Below are positions 35,303 to 45,415 of a DNA stretch of 64,000 nt, in pieces (position 1 is the first letter of the stretch; each line of letters opens with the position of its first letter). This stretch comes from Bdellovibrionales bacterium (GTDB lineage Bacteria > Bdellovibrionota > UBA1018 > CAIMNF01). Made by a program: the position numbers and the translations under genes. The stretch lies in assembly GCA_947502835.1 (NCBI GenBank), contig CANNBJ010000005.1, forward strand, positions 40,429 through 104,428. Direction: 5' to 3'. The notes beneath the pieces are model-generated. The model was given only the letters and a program-made list of their open reading frames with translations, was not told the origin of the DNA and ran no database searches.

Positions 35303-38152
35303 ATGATGAAGGCACTGGGTTTCCTGCATTGGCTTCTTCTCTGCACCAAACGAATGATCCGTATTCTACCTTGCTTGGTATTCTCCTTGTTTTTTGCACA
35401 TCCCTCTTACAGCCAAACAAAACACTTAGACGACGAGGGGATGTATCAAGCGCTTCATTTAGCTCGTGATCCCGAGCTAAGCATAGAGCAACGAATGCAG
35501 GTTGCCCAAGTGGGACTTGATTACATAAGAGCTCGCGTTACCGCTGCAAACAACTTCAAGACCGTGGACGAACTTCTCAAGGCGATGAGGAAGGATCCAA
35601 GCATTAATGAGAAGATTCTTCATTCACGGAAAGACGATCTTTGGAAAGTCCTGACTGAATTCAATGACCTAACCAAGTCTCTTGCTCTCGAACCAGAAAT
35701 CAAGGCTTGCAGAAAATGGGGAGATTCAGGACTTACAAATCAAGTCATCCTTGGAATGGCAGGCTTATCCCATTGTACCGAGGGTACCTGTTGCGAAAGA
35801 AATATTCTGTGGATCGACAAAAACAACCCAAAGGGTCCTCCCGTTGCAAATAGCGTCCCCTCCTATGCTTACAGCAAAAATGTTGTCGATCTCGTAAATG
35901 TCGGAAACACAATTATGATTCGGACCGAGGAGGGATACGGCAAAGATATTTTTCATCCAACACTTGAGTTGGCTCGAAAGATGAACCCTGAGTTCAAAAG
36001 CGACAAAGAAGCCGGTACTGTAGTAGCGGCGGCTCAACTTCGTGGTGAGGTTTACGTGCGTGCCATTCAAAATGAAATCCGCAATAAATTCACCCTCGAA
36101 ATGAAGTACCGAGATCAATCAGGCGACGCCAATGCATTTCTTAAAGAGATGATTGATCAAGATTGCGCTCACTGCACTCCTGAAATGAAGGAAAAAATCA
36201 AAATCCGCGTAAGCGGACTCTATAATAAAGACAAAAAGGAAGGGCGAGTCACAAAGAGGCCGGCGCGTAAGGTGGTGGAGGATTTGTGCAAAAAGCTTTT
36301 AGAGAACCGATATAATTTCACTGATTTTGATCAAACTCAAGAAGGTAAAGCCTGGCTTAAAGGAATAGAAAAGTACAGAGGAGGTTTGACGGTATCAGGA
36401 GAAACTGCAGGAAAATATAACCGTGCTGTGTATGAATACCAACAGGCGAAAAATGAATTCGATAACCTGCGTAAATCCATTCTAACCTCGATCGTAAGGG
36501 AAGGCGGGGATGGTCTCCTCCTTCTGACAAAAACAATGAGTCAGTTGGATAACCAGGTACCGCTAAAGGTTAATCTTGGATGTGGCCAAACCTCCGAAAG
36601 ACAGGACCATGATTTGCCAGCCGATGAGGCACTCGTGAGCCCTGCAGTGAGTGAAGCTATCAATGAAACCACTGCCTACGCAAAAAAGCTCAATGATACG
36701 ATTCATCCCGGAAAACTCGATCACGAAACGATTAACTCAGACCTGGAAGGTCTTACCCAAATTGCTTCCACACAGGTGGGAGAAGCACTTCTCAGCCTTG
36801 GTCACAAACAACTTGGATCCTATGCCTGTCGTATCTTCGAATCGATTGGTAAAAGAAAGGACGCCGAAAAAAATCTGGATAACGCGATTCTTTGGGGCGG
36901 AATGATCGGAGGAACCCTTTTGGCCATCGGGACCGCTGGAATGGCGGCACCCTTTGTCTATGGTGGCCTTGCCGTTGGAATTGCGATCAATGCAGGAACG
37001 GCAGTTTATGAATGGGACCGTGCAGGCGAAGCGAAGGCACTGAGCGAAGTCTATCGGAATGCAATGATCGGAAAGGGAGGAAATGACACCTATCTTTTGG
37101 AGATGACCCAAAAAGAGTTCTTAGCGTTTAAGGAGCATCGCCTCAATGCCATCCTCTCGGGTGTTGCCACGGTTGCTGATGTAACGATGGTCATCGTGAA
37201 AGCAGCCCAGGCCGGACGTGGAATTGCAGAGATCAATCAGGAGTTAAAGAGCCTTGAAAAAGGTGGAGAATCCGCCTTCAGCGAGCACATCAATCCCGGT
37301 GTAAGACAAAGCGAGGTTGATCATCTTCTAGTTGAGCTTACGGAGTTTGAATCAGGATCGAACCTTGCTGCCAAGACAAAAAAGCCAAGCGTAATCGCAA
37401 ACCTAGAGGCGAGAAAAACCTCGATCTTAAACAAGGTCGAAGAATTCGGAGGGGCGGAGAATTACCTTCAGTACCTGAAGTCCAAAGGGCTTACCCAGGA
37501 AGCAGCGGAGGCGGAGCGAATTCTCTCCAAGATCACTGCCGCCAAAGCGAACAAGCCAAGCCCGATCGCAAACACGGAAGGGGGGAAAGTCTCAACGTTG
37601 AAACAGGTGGAAGAGGGTAACATCACAGCTACAACTACCGCTAAATCCACCGCTTCAGGATTCATAATTGGGCCGACCAAACCATTAACACTTGTGCGCG
37701 GTTCTCCTCATATTGATATACGGAGTTATATTGATCATGGTTTCCATGGCGAGATTGTGGGGGGAGCGAAGCTTGAGGGGGGAATGCATGGGTATGGGCC
37801 AGCCAAAGAATTCCAGAGGAACTATTTTAAAAAGACAGGAGAGGTGATCATGATGACCGAACCCGATCCGAATGGATTGATTGACATGTATCTCCCAAGA
37901 AATGCGGTTGGAAAACAGTGGAATCAACTAAAAAAAGTGAAGATCAATGGAGTGACGTATGGAGTCAAAACCATCTTGCCCCAAGGCTTTGAACATGTGG
38001 ATATGATTAAGGCAAAAAAATATATCGAAAGCCTTCCAGTGAAGAAAACCAAAGATGGTCAGATCTATAAAGAAGGGCGCTACAAGGGGATTCGCTTCAA
38101 GAGGTACATTGACACCAATGGGGATGCGTCGTTGTTCCCTGTCCGCGATTAA
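35303..38152 (+). CDS. Large secreted protein with C-terminal bacterial EndoU-like RNase domain (polymorphic-toxin architecture)
   Basis: Signal peptide ([21 protein letters not shown] from 35354); central Gly-rich hydrophobic hairpin; C-terminus [44 protein letters not shown]. Confidence 0.7.
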   Translation: MMKALGFLHWLLLCTKRMIRILPCLVFSLFFAHPSYSQTKHLDDEGMYQALHLARDPELSIEQRMQVAQVGLDYIRARVTAANNFKTVDELLKAMRKDPSINEKILHSRKDDLWKVLTEFNDLTKSLALEPEIKACRKWGDSGLTNQVILGMAGLSHCTEGTCCERNILWIDKNNPKGPPVANSVPSYAYSKNVVDLVNVGNTIMIRTEEGYGKDIFHPTLELARKMNPEFKSDKEAGTVVAAAQLRGEVYVRAIQNEIRNKFTLEMKYRDQSGDANAFLKEMIDQDCAHCTPEMKEKIKIRVSGLYNKDKKEGRVTKRPARKVVEDLCKKLLENRYNFTDFDQTQEGKAWLKGIEKYRGGLTVSGETAGKYNRAVYEYQQAKNEFDNLRKSILTSIVREGGDGLLLLTKTMSQLDNQVPLKVNLGCGQTSERQDHDLPADEALVSPAVSEAINETTAYAKKLNDTIHPGKLDHETINSDLEGLTQIASTQVGEALLSLGHKQLGSYACRIFESIGKRKDAEKNLDNAILWGGMIGGTLLAIGTAGMAAPFVYGGLAVGIAINAGTAVYEWDRAGEAKALSEVYRNAMIGKGGNDTYLLEMTQKEFLAFKEHRLNAILSGVATVADVTMVIVKAAQAGRGIAEINQELKSLEKGGESAFSEHINPGVRQSEVDHLLVELTEFESGSNLAAKTKKPSVIANLEARKTSILNKVEEFGGAENYLQYLKSKGLTQEAAEAERILSKITAAKANKPSPIANTEGGKVSTLKQVEEGNITATTTAKSTASGFIIGPTKPLTLVRGSPHIDIRSYIDHGFHGEIVGGAKLEGGMHGYGPAKEFQRNYFKKTGEVIMMTEPDPNGLIDMYLPRNAVGKQWNQLKKVKINGVTYGVKTILPQGFEHVDMIKAKKYIESLPVKKTKDGQIYKEGRYKGIRFKRYIDTNGDASLFPVRD

Positions 38153-38372
38153 TACCATCCCAGCACGAAGGCCCTCATGATCGCGATCTGGACCTGAACC
38201 GCCTGCTCACTGCGCAGGACGCCGGAGAGGATGGCTACCCCTTGTTCGGTAAAGGCGTAAGGGAGTGTCCTTCTGCTTGGTACAAGTCTGCCAGATCCGA
38301 GTCGAGCATGATCCTTTGCCCCCGAATGGAATGGATTTTTGCAGTCATTTCAATTTGATTTGATTGATGCAT
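38149..38372 (-). pseudogene. ORF6N-domain DNA-binding protein remnant (internal deletion plus frameshift)
   Basis: [20 protein letters not shown] in one frame joins [37 protein letters not shown] in another; the usual intervening segment and C-terminus are missing. Confidence 0.85.
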
Positions 38373-38483
38373 GGTCGAAATGAAAGCAAGGAGCTTGCCA
38401 CTCGCGACCTGGAACTGAGGCAGGGTTCTCCCCCGGCGGCGCAATAGCCCCGGAGACGGAACAATCACAAAAAACCAGATACT

Positions 38484-39152
38484 TCATGGTTTCTCAGGGT
38501 TAAAAAGCATTTCCCATTCCGCCTGGACTTCATCGTGCACTGAAATAAATAAGAATTTCTTTACGGTAACGCCGTAATCCCTCAGTGAGAGGGTTTTTTT
38601 CCCCCGAACGAGGATTCCGTCCCCTTGTCTGTGAATTGTGAGTTTCACCTTTTCTGGCTTTTCAATGCCGTGGATGCGCCATATTCCGTTCACCTCGATC
38701 TCAACTGGAACCTCAGCGACTTTGGCAAGATCAAAACTCGAGTCTTCGGATTGGAATGCGATCTCTGGATATCTGACCGAGTTGATTCCACGAGAGGGCA
38801 AAAGATCGTTCTCACAGACATGTCGGTCGGGAAATTCGCTCTTTGAATAGTCAAGGCCGAGCGACTCCCGGAGGTGACAGTTGAGGGTTTTATTTCCTGA
38901 CTTGAATCCCTGAATTCCGAAGGCAACGCGTACTCCCGACAGAACCTGTGTCGGGTGAAGTTCTAGTTGTCCACGGACATCGGTGTTGGGGATCAGGTAC
39001 GTTCCGAAGGTGTATTTCACTCCGACCGAGGCGCGACTCACGAAAGGGTCGACGTCGTAGACTTTGAGAGGAGTTTGGGCAGGGGCGGCGATGGCATCAA
39101 ATGCGAAGGAGAGGCATAAATACGGGATGAGAAGAGCTTTAAGGGCCACCAT
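38484..39152 (-). CDS. YceI-like periplasmic protein
   Basis: Signal peptide; FKSGNKTLNCHLRE, YPEIAF, GIWRIHGIEK, LSLRDYGV pattern of the YceI barrel. Confidence 0.65.
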   Translation of the reverse strand: MVALKALLIPYLCLSFAFDAIAAPAQTPLKVYDVDPFVSRASVGVKYTFGTYLIPNTDVRGQLELHPTQVLSGVRVAFGIQGFKSGNKTLNCHLRESLGLDYSKSEFPDRHVCENDLLPSRGINSVRYPEIAFQSEDSSFDLAKVAEVPVEIEVNGIWRIHGIEKPEKVKLTIHRQGDGILVRGKKTLSLRDYGVTVKKFLFISVHDEVQAEWEMLFNPEKP

Positions 39153-39586
39153 TGATGTTTGTGGCCGATGTGGATGAATGTCAAGATTTCTTGAGCGCGA
39201 TTTTCCTGGTTTTTTGATTCCCACAAGGATCTCTCCACTGGACAGTCCCACAAGCAATGGCTGTTCCGCTAGTTTCAGTCAATTGAACAGGGATTCATGG
39301 ACGCTCCCTCGTTATTCATCATGTGGATCTGTTTCTAGTCTTCCTCTCGGACTCCTGACAGGAATCTAAATGGGAATCGGGCGTTTTTTGCGCAGGATCT
39401 CAAAAAAAGATTTCGGGACGAGAAATCCCTTGAGGGGCGTGGGGCGGTTCAGATCGGCCTTGTCAGGGTTTCAGGGTGTTGAGCTTGAGACACAATGTCC
39501 GCGCAAAAAAAGGGCAGTAAGCGAATTGAAGTGGGATCGTACGCGGGCTAAAAGTGGCCTCCTCAGAATGATCTGAGAAAGGAAAC

Positions 39587-40144
39587 ATGATGAAAAAACT
39601 CCTCTGTACACTAATGGTAATGAGCTTGGTCTCCAATTCCGCTTTTGCGGGTAATGCGAATCAGGGTGCGGATCACACCCAGCTGATTGCGAGGGCCTTT
39701 GATGGTTTTCGATATGCAATGACGGTTCAGGCGGGCACGGCGACTTCACAAGAGCAGGCGGTTGCCGATTTCAAGAATCAGCTCGCAAAACTCGAAGCAC
39801 AAGGCGTTTCTGCGGCTGAGCTCATGAACTACATGCGCGCATCCATCCTTGATGGCCAGACCCTCATGGACTTTGATCGATTGATGACGACGATCAACGA
39901 GAACGGAATGTCGGCAGAAGATGCAAGTGCCCTCATGATGCGCTTTATGGAAAGCCGCTACCAGCAAGGCGCGAACTACAGCGGTGGTGGCAAAGGTGGA
40001 TTCAATCCAGCGGGAATCCTCATTGGTGTGGTGATTGTAGGAGCGGTGACCTACCTTGTGGTGAGACAGATCCGCGACAACAACTGCACTCCTGAGACTG
40101 TTGATCCGATTCCAACCCCCAACGATAACACTGCCGCACGCTAA
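39587..40144 (+). CDS. Hypothetical secreted protein with C-terminal hydrophobic helix
   Basis: MKKLL..SAFA signal, SD AAGGA, GANYSGG followed by GILIGVVIVGAVTYLVV. Confidence 0.75.
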   Translation: MMKKLLCTLMVMSLVSNSAFAGNANQGADHTQLIARAFDGFRYAMTVQAGTATSQEQAVADFKNQLAKLEAQGVSAAELMNYMRASILDGQTLMDFDRLMTTINENGMSAEDASALMMRFMESRYQQGANYSGGGKGGFNPAGILIGVVIVGAVTYLVVRQIRDNNCTPETVDPIPTPNDNTAAR

Positions 40145-40167
40145 GACGATGCCAAGGGTTCGGGCCT

Positions 40168-41544
40168 TTGGGGCAACACTCCAGGGGCCCGACTTTCAAG
40201 AAGGGAGCGGGGATGAGTGCAGGATGGATGGTAGCACGGGCTTTAGGGTTGCTTTTTTTCGTCTCACAGGCCAAAGCCTTTGAGATTTCCAAATTGAAGA
40301 ATACCAAAGAGGCGGTCACTCATGCTTTTTCAAAGTCCCGTGAGGCGTCGGCCCTTGCACGGGGCGGGAAAGATGCAGATGCCCGGTTCCGCGCCTTGGG
40401 GATATCCCTGAATCGTCTCGAGGGCGAGAAGGGTTTGAATTGTGATTTTGAAATATTTGATTCGTTTGTAAGTGAGCTCCAGAAAATGCAGCTCCCTAGT
40501 GATGAGGAAAGTCTCGCTGATGCGTTTGTAGTCTGGAGATCAAGAGGTTGGATTGATGATCTCTTCTATGGGGCCATGCTCGAGGTGTCTCAGGCCCGGG
40601 CAAGGCTTATGCAATTCCAATCCGTACGGGTGCGGCGCCGGGAGCAGGCAGCGGTGGATCAACTCCGGTCTGTGCCTGATGATCCTTCACAACGGGCACT
40701 GAAATCGATCTACCTTGGATTTCAAGGTTCATCTCCAAGTGCTCCTGGGTGCGCAAAGGAGCGTTTTGTGAGGTTCCCTGAAATCTCAAGGATCTCAAAT
40801 CTACTTGCCTACCAATCCGGATGGATCCAATCAGACCAGTTTGAATTACTTGAAGGGTTAAGCTCAATTGGGGTGAACGAATGGGAGATTTCGCTTGCCT
40901 CTTATCTCAAGGTCCTAACCCAGGTAAAGGATCGGAGCAAGGGGCTGGACCCAGGCGCCTCGGACTCAGGACCCAATGAATTCAGCTCTTCCTTCCGGTA
41001 TCGGAACTCAAATTCCACTTACCGGCAAACGCTTTATTCGCGATTTGACGCCATCCAAATCATCATGATGAGTGATCTTCTGAAGAAATCCTTTGAGCGA
41101 ATGGACGCCACCCGAGCGGACCTGGTCTTCACGCGAGGAGATCAGAGCGAGGTGATTCCGCTGTCTCCGATGGGGCAATACTATTTTGCCAGAAAGCTTC
41201 TTAAGAAAGCCATCGATGATTTGAACCGCTCCTCCCTCTTCGCGGGAAGCCCCTTTTCGTACGAGGATGTCGTGACCGCTTCCCTTGAAACCGGCTTGAT
41301 CCAATCGAATTTGATTTCAGAGGTCCTTAAGATCGATGACCTCTGGAATCCTTCTGTGAATTCTTGGTCGAAGCTCTCCCGATTTCTACTTCGAGTGTCG
41401 GGAAATGCGAATGTGTTTGTTCCACCGCCCTATCATCTCATCTCAGCCCTTGCGCTGATCGTGGTGGAAGTCGTAGTCGCACAGAGAGCCAATCAGAGGA
41501 GCGGAAGCTCTGGAACTGGAGATTCCCCTTATGATCCCTTTTAG
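40168..41544 (+). CDS. Hypothetical secreted protein
   Basis: Long ORF with signal-like ALGLLFFVSQAKA; overlaps the next gene; true start may be 40213. Confidence 0.7.
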   Translation: MGQHSRGPTFKKGAGMSAGWMVARALGLLFFVSQAKAFEISKLKNTKEAVTHAFSKSREASALARGGKDADARFRALGISLNRLEGEKGLNCDFEIFDSFVSELQKMQLPSDEESLADAFVVWRSRGWIDDLFYGAMLEVSQARARLMQFQSVRVRRREQAAVDQLRSVPDDPSQRALKSIYLGFQGSSPSAPGCAKERFVRFPEISRISNLLAYQSGWIQSDQFELLEGLSSIGVNEWEISLASYLKVLTQVKDRSKGLDPGASDSGPNEFSSSFRYRNSNSTYRQTLYSRFDAIQIIMMSDLLKKSFERMDATRADLVFTRGDQSEVIPLSPMGQYYFARKLLKKAIDDLNRSSLFAGSPFSYEDVVTASLETGLIQSNLISEVLKIDDLWNPSVNSWSKLSRFLLRVSGNANVFVPPPYHLISALALIVVEVVVAQRANQRSGSSGTGDSPYDPF

Positions 41545-42757
41545 GTTGTTGATGATGATTGCCCAGGCTCTTGCGGAACCAACCTCCGCCTCTTCCCATC
41601 AGTCCCTGGTGCTCGTGAGGGGAGAGGGATTCCGACCGGAACTGAAGGAAGTCGAGCTTCAGGATCTGAGTTCGGATCTGAGATTTGATGGGAAGTATTT
41701 CAAGATCGTCAAGGGAGTCGATGAGGTTCCCATTTTACTGAACGATTCTGATCCTGAACTCAGGCTCAAGGCTGGGACGGTTTATTATCACTTGAGCCTT
41801 GCGAGGCAATTCTGGGTTCAGCACTTGTCCTCCGAATTTGTAAAATCCTTGCCTCCACTCGTGATCCGTCTTGAAATGACCCGCGCATTCAGTGATCTGG
41901 CCCACTATCAGCATGAGGGAGTGACTCCGGAATACAACAATGCACTCAGCATCCCGCCGGGTGAGCCCATGGAAGGAGTGGGGGGGGATCCTTGGGGAAA
42001 TGAGATTTGGTTTCGGCCAAAAAAACAGATCTTTACCCGAGATCTGCCGGGAAGCGGGCTAAGCAGCTCTGGAAATCCCATCTCCGCTTACCTGCAAGCT
42101 CTGACGAGACCGATCAAGGATAGCGTGGCAAGTCGTCTGATTCAGATCACGCTTCAGCAATGGTTCCATCCTGCGACGCTTGTCACCCCATATCGGAATC
42201 AGGTCCTACAGCAAGTGGGGACGCTTGCTCTTGGTTCCCTCATTCTCAAGGGAAGTCGGTATCTGGACTCGTGGTTTTTGGAAAAATACTACTATCTCGA
42301 TACGGCCATGATTCCTGAGATCATTTACCATGAGTTCTCCCACATCGCGCTCAGCGATCAACTGAAACTCACACTTTCCACCCCGGTGCTGGAGGGGCTG
42401 GCTGACTACTTTGCTACCGCTATCAGCGGGAACCCTGAAATCGCCTCCAACATTCGGCAGTACTCACTCTCCATGCCTAAAGACGGAAGAAACCCGATTC
42501 GCTATGACCCGGCCTTTGAAACGCTTTACTACTCCAACTCTGACTTCGTGCTCTCTACCCTTTGGAGGGTGAGAGATTTGTTTCCGGAGCATGCGGACTC
42601 ACTGATCCTGAAGGCAAGGCTGCGTCTCTCCACGGCCAGGTCCGATATCCGGCACGATTTGATCCGCGCACTCCTTGAGACGTGCCGGGACGGGTGTCAA
42701 GCACCCAGGGCGGATCGCTTGAGGCTTATGCAGAGTTTTGAGGAAAAGGGATTTTAG
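41531..42757 (+). CDS. Secreted gluzincin-type zinc metalloprotease-like protein
   Basis: IIYHEFSH (HExxH) followed by LEGLADYFA; also YYH and YNNA as in M4/M36-like peptidases. Confidence 0.7.
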   Translation: MIPFRLLMMIAQALAEPTSASSHQSLVLVRGEGFRPELKEVELQDLSSDLRFDGKYFKIVKGVDEVPILLNDSDPELRLKAGTVYYHLSLARQFWVQHLSSEFVKSLPPLVIRLEMTRAFSDLAHYQHEGVTPEYNNALSIPPGEPMEGVGGDPWGNEIWFRPKKQIFTRDLPGSGLSSSGNPISAYLQALTRPIKDSVASRLIQITLQQWFHPATLVTPYRNQVLQQVGTLALGSLILKGSRYLDSWFLEKYYYLDTAMIPEIIYHEFSHIALSDQLKLTLSTPVLEGLADYFATAISGNPEIASNIRQYSLSMPKDGRNPIRYDPAFETLYYSNSDFVLSTLWRVRDLFPEHADSLILKARLRLSTARSDIRHDLIRALLETCRDGCQAPRADRLRLMQSFEEKGF

Positions 42758-42878
42758 TGAAACAGACTCTTGTATCCTGAGGCGAGGTAGCCCCGATTCA
42801 GACTGAGACCTTTCTCCAGCAAAGATTACCTTTTTTGAATTAGCCTTCCTTAAGTGCTTGCCCGTGCGACGGGACCCA

Positions 42879-42906
42879 TAAAGAATTTCCCTTCAAACGT
42901 CGAAAA
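42879..42906 (+). promoter_or_regulatory. Putative sigma28 (FliA)-type promoter
   Basis: TAAAG-N15-GTCGAAAA just upstream of ATG 42913. Confidence 0.5.
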
Positions 42907-42912
42907 GCTCTT

Positions 42913-43974
42913 ATGGACTCTGGCCAAAAGAAGGATCAACCAGAATCCGATTTCAAAATCGAAATCGAGGGCACGGTTGCGCCAGCTCCAAAAACGGGCA
43001 GGGCGCAGCCTCCGCCACCGCCGCGGTCCAGAGAGCCCTCAACGGGGCTGAATCCCCCGAGACCATTTGAGAATCCCATTTACGCTGCACAAACTGCAAC
43101 TTTCTGGGAGCGGGCGACGGCAATGACCCTTGATTTCCTGATCCTGGTTTTAGTTGACGTTCTTCTACTAAAATCCGAGGGGCGAGCGGCATTCGTAGTC
43201 ATTTTCCTTTCTTATTTTGGCTATTTTCATGCCTCATCGCTTCAAGCGACGCCAGGGAAATGGGTATTGGGTCTGAAGGTGGTTGATTTGGAGGGCGAAA
43301 GAATCAGTTTCGGAGCGTCAATCGGGCGAGTATTCACGCAGTCAGTCTTCTCTCTTGGTTGGTTTTTTGCCCTCTTTACGGAAAAAAAACAAGCGGCTCA
43401 CGACAAGGTCGCGGGCACAATGGTGCTGGCGGAGAAAGAGAACTCGCAGATCAAGGTGCTTTTGATCTTTTGTCTCGGGATCTTTCTCGGGTTCAAAGCG
43501 ATCAGATCACGAAGTGTTGAAACCACGAGGAACATCACCGTCGATCTTCTGGCGTTGAAGGCCCTCGATGACACCGCGATTGATCCATGTTTTGAAAAAA
43601 AGTACTGCGTGTTCACCTATGTCACACCGTGGTGCGAGGCTTGCAAAGCGACTGAGCCTTACATGTTCCAACTTGGGGAATATCTGAAGACCTCAAAGAA
43701 TGTCGGATACAAAGTCATCGTAGGACAGGACCAGCCGGAGGCAATCGAGGCAAAAGCAAAAGTTTTCGGGGGGATTGCCTATATGGACACTGATGGAAGG
43801 CTCGCGGAAAATCTCAAGATCCATTCCTACCCGGACTGGATTGTCTTCAGCACTGCGGATGGAAAGCTGGTCTCCCGGCCCCATTCAGTGATTCCCAGGG
43901 GTTCTCTTCGGCCCGATCAGATGGAACGTTACGTTGCCCAACACCTGGGCCTTCGTCCGGAAGAGCTGAAATAG
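42913..43974 (+). CDS. RDD-family membrane domain fused to a thioredoxin-like domain
   Basis: ATFWERATAMTLD, QATPGKWVLGLKVVD, KQAAHDKVAGT (RDD); TPWCEAC and HSYP (Trx CxxC and cis-Pro). Confidence 0.8.
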   Translation: MDSGQKKDQPESDFKIEIEGTVAPAPKTGRAQPPPPPRSREPSTGLNPPRPFENPIYAAQTATFWERATAMTLDFLILVLVDVLLLKSEGRAAFVVIFLSYFGYFHASSLQATPGKWVLGLKVVDLEGERISFGASIGRVFTQSVFSLGWFFALFTEKKQAAHDKVAGTMVLAEKENSQIKVLLIFCLGIFLGFKAIRSRSVETTRNITVDLLALKALDDTAIDPCFEKKYCVFTYVTPWCEACKATEPYMFQLGEYLKTSKNVGYKVIVGQDQPEAIEAKAKVFGGIAYMDTDGRLAENLKIHSYPDWIVFSTADGKLVSRPHSVIPRGSLRPDQMERYVAQHLGLRPEELK

Positions 43975-44008
43975 TCCGTGCGTTTCAAGTGTGCGCTGAC
44001 TCCGCCTC

Positions 44009-44731
44009 TTATAAAAAAAGCTGCACCCCGGAGCTCCATCCATAGACCCCTGCTGTGCCTGTACTTCGATTTTCGGTCTCGGCCGTGAATTTTCCAAAGA
44101 TCCGAAGGAATCCATAATCCAAAAACGGACCTCCCTCCAGGCGATGCCCGAAGGGGGAGCCGAGGAGGGAGGTGGCAATACTCTTTAGATGATAGCGATA
44201 GCTCAGGGTCAGCCCAAAGTACCGATGAAGGTAGAGCTGGCTGTCCACTCCAAGATACCACTGATGGAAAGTCTCACCCGCACTCCGCTTCCTTACTCCC
44301 AAATGAGCAGTGAGACTCGTGTTCTGAAGGCTGTTTCCAAAAAACCGCACATGAAATCTTGCATGATCTTCGAGCGAGAATCCATCGGTGTGCTCAAATT
44401 CAACGCCGAAAATCGTCACATATGCACCGGCTCCGTACCGAAAGGTGCGAGCACTGCCCCTCGACTCAGGCAGCAGATTCAGGCTTCCATTGACAAAGAA
44501 TTCATACGGAGACGGGGAGTTCATCTGAAGCCAGAGGTCTGACCATTTCATCCGCTCCCGCTGTTTGAGCCACTCATCCAGACTCCAGCGGGTTTGGGCA
44601 CGAACCTCGGCGCGCTTGGAGGACCAACCAAAAGCGGAGGATCGTGACCCCTCGTCTTGTGCCCGGGCGTGATTCGCACAAAGGGCAAGGGGAAAACCAA
44701 GAACCACAAGAAGTTTGATGAATGCGTTCAT
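44009..44731 (-). CDS. Hypothetical outer-membrane beta-barrel protein
   Basis: Signal peptide, alternating aromatic strands, terminal GWSSGVQLFL. Confidence 0.65.
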   Translation of the reverse strand: MNAFIKLLVVLGFPLALCANHARAQDEGSRSSAFGWSSKRAEVRAQTRWSLDEWLKQRERMKWSDLWLQMNSPSPYEFFVNGSLNLLPESRGSARTFRYGAGAYVTIFGVEFEHTDGFSLEDHARFHVRFFGNSLQNTSLTAHLGVRKRSAGETFHQWYLGVDSQLYLHRYFGLTLSYRYHLKSIATSLLGSPFGHRLEGGPFLDYGFLRIFGKFTAETENRSTGTAGVYGWSSGVQLFL

Positions 44732-44855
44732 CTCTTCATTGTGCCCAAATGCACAGAGGGTTGAAAGAGCGGGGTGATGTTGAGTTCAGGAAAGATCCGT
44801 TCAAACTTTCTGTCAAAAACCAAACATACCATCCAGGAGGCGGAGGGGGTTTTTT

Positions 44856-44883
44856 TAAACTTTAGCCAATAAAAATCCGATCT
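44856..44883 (+). promoter_or_regulatory. Putative sigma28-type promoter
   Basis: TAAAC-N15-TCCGATCT upstream of ATG 44891. Confidence 0.4.
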
Positions 44884-44890
44884 GCTCCTT

Positions 44891-45415
44891 ATGAGGTATC
44901 TTAAGTGCTTCGTTTGCGTTTGTTTATTCTCTGTTGAAACGGGAATCTGGCCCGCTCTTCAGTCGGCTCAAGCGTACGGCAAGGAAGATTCAACCTGGTA
45001 CCTCAATGGCAGGGAAATCAGGCTTGATCGGAACATCTGGACCTATGCCGCTCCGGGAACCCTCGAACACAGCTCGCGATTCCCACTGGGCAAAACGGGC
45101 GGACTCCTGATCAAGTATCCGGAAAACGAAAAAAAACGCATTGTCACGGTGATCCGCTCTGACCCGATGACTACCTTCTCGAAAACACTCTGCAAGAAAA
45201 TCGCAAGCCGCTCTCCCGCATCCACCATCCGTCCCGGCAGGAAGAGTTGTACGGTTACCATTCGTAATCGGGCAACTCATCAAAGCGAAATCCATTGGAT
45301 CATGGAGGATTTGAAAAATCTGAAGCTGGTCTCGTTTGCCACTGTGATTCCGAATGCCAGAGTTCAAGAGATCAAAAAAGACCTCGATCAAATCCAAAAG
45401 GACTTTGAACGATGA
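44891..45415 (+). CDS. Hypothetical secreted protein
   Basis: Signal-like N-terminus; ATGA overlap with the next gene. Confidence 0.65.
   Translation: MRYLKCFVCVCLFSVETGIWPALQSAQAYGKEDSTWYLNGREIRLDRNIWTYAAPGTLEHSSRFPLGKTGGLLIKYPENEKKRIVTVIRSDPMTTFSKTLCKKIASRSPASTIRPGRKSCTVTIRNRATHQSEIHWIMEDLKNLKLVSFATVIPNARVQEIKKDLDQIQKDFER

Noticed and set aside
38235..38468. 77-aa ORF as an immunity protein for the EndoU-like toxin
   Set aside because: Opposite strand, and explained as the frameshifted N-terminal part of an ORF6N gene.
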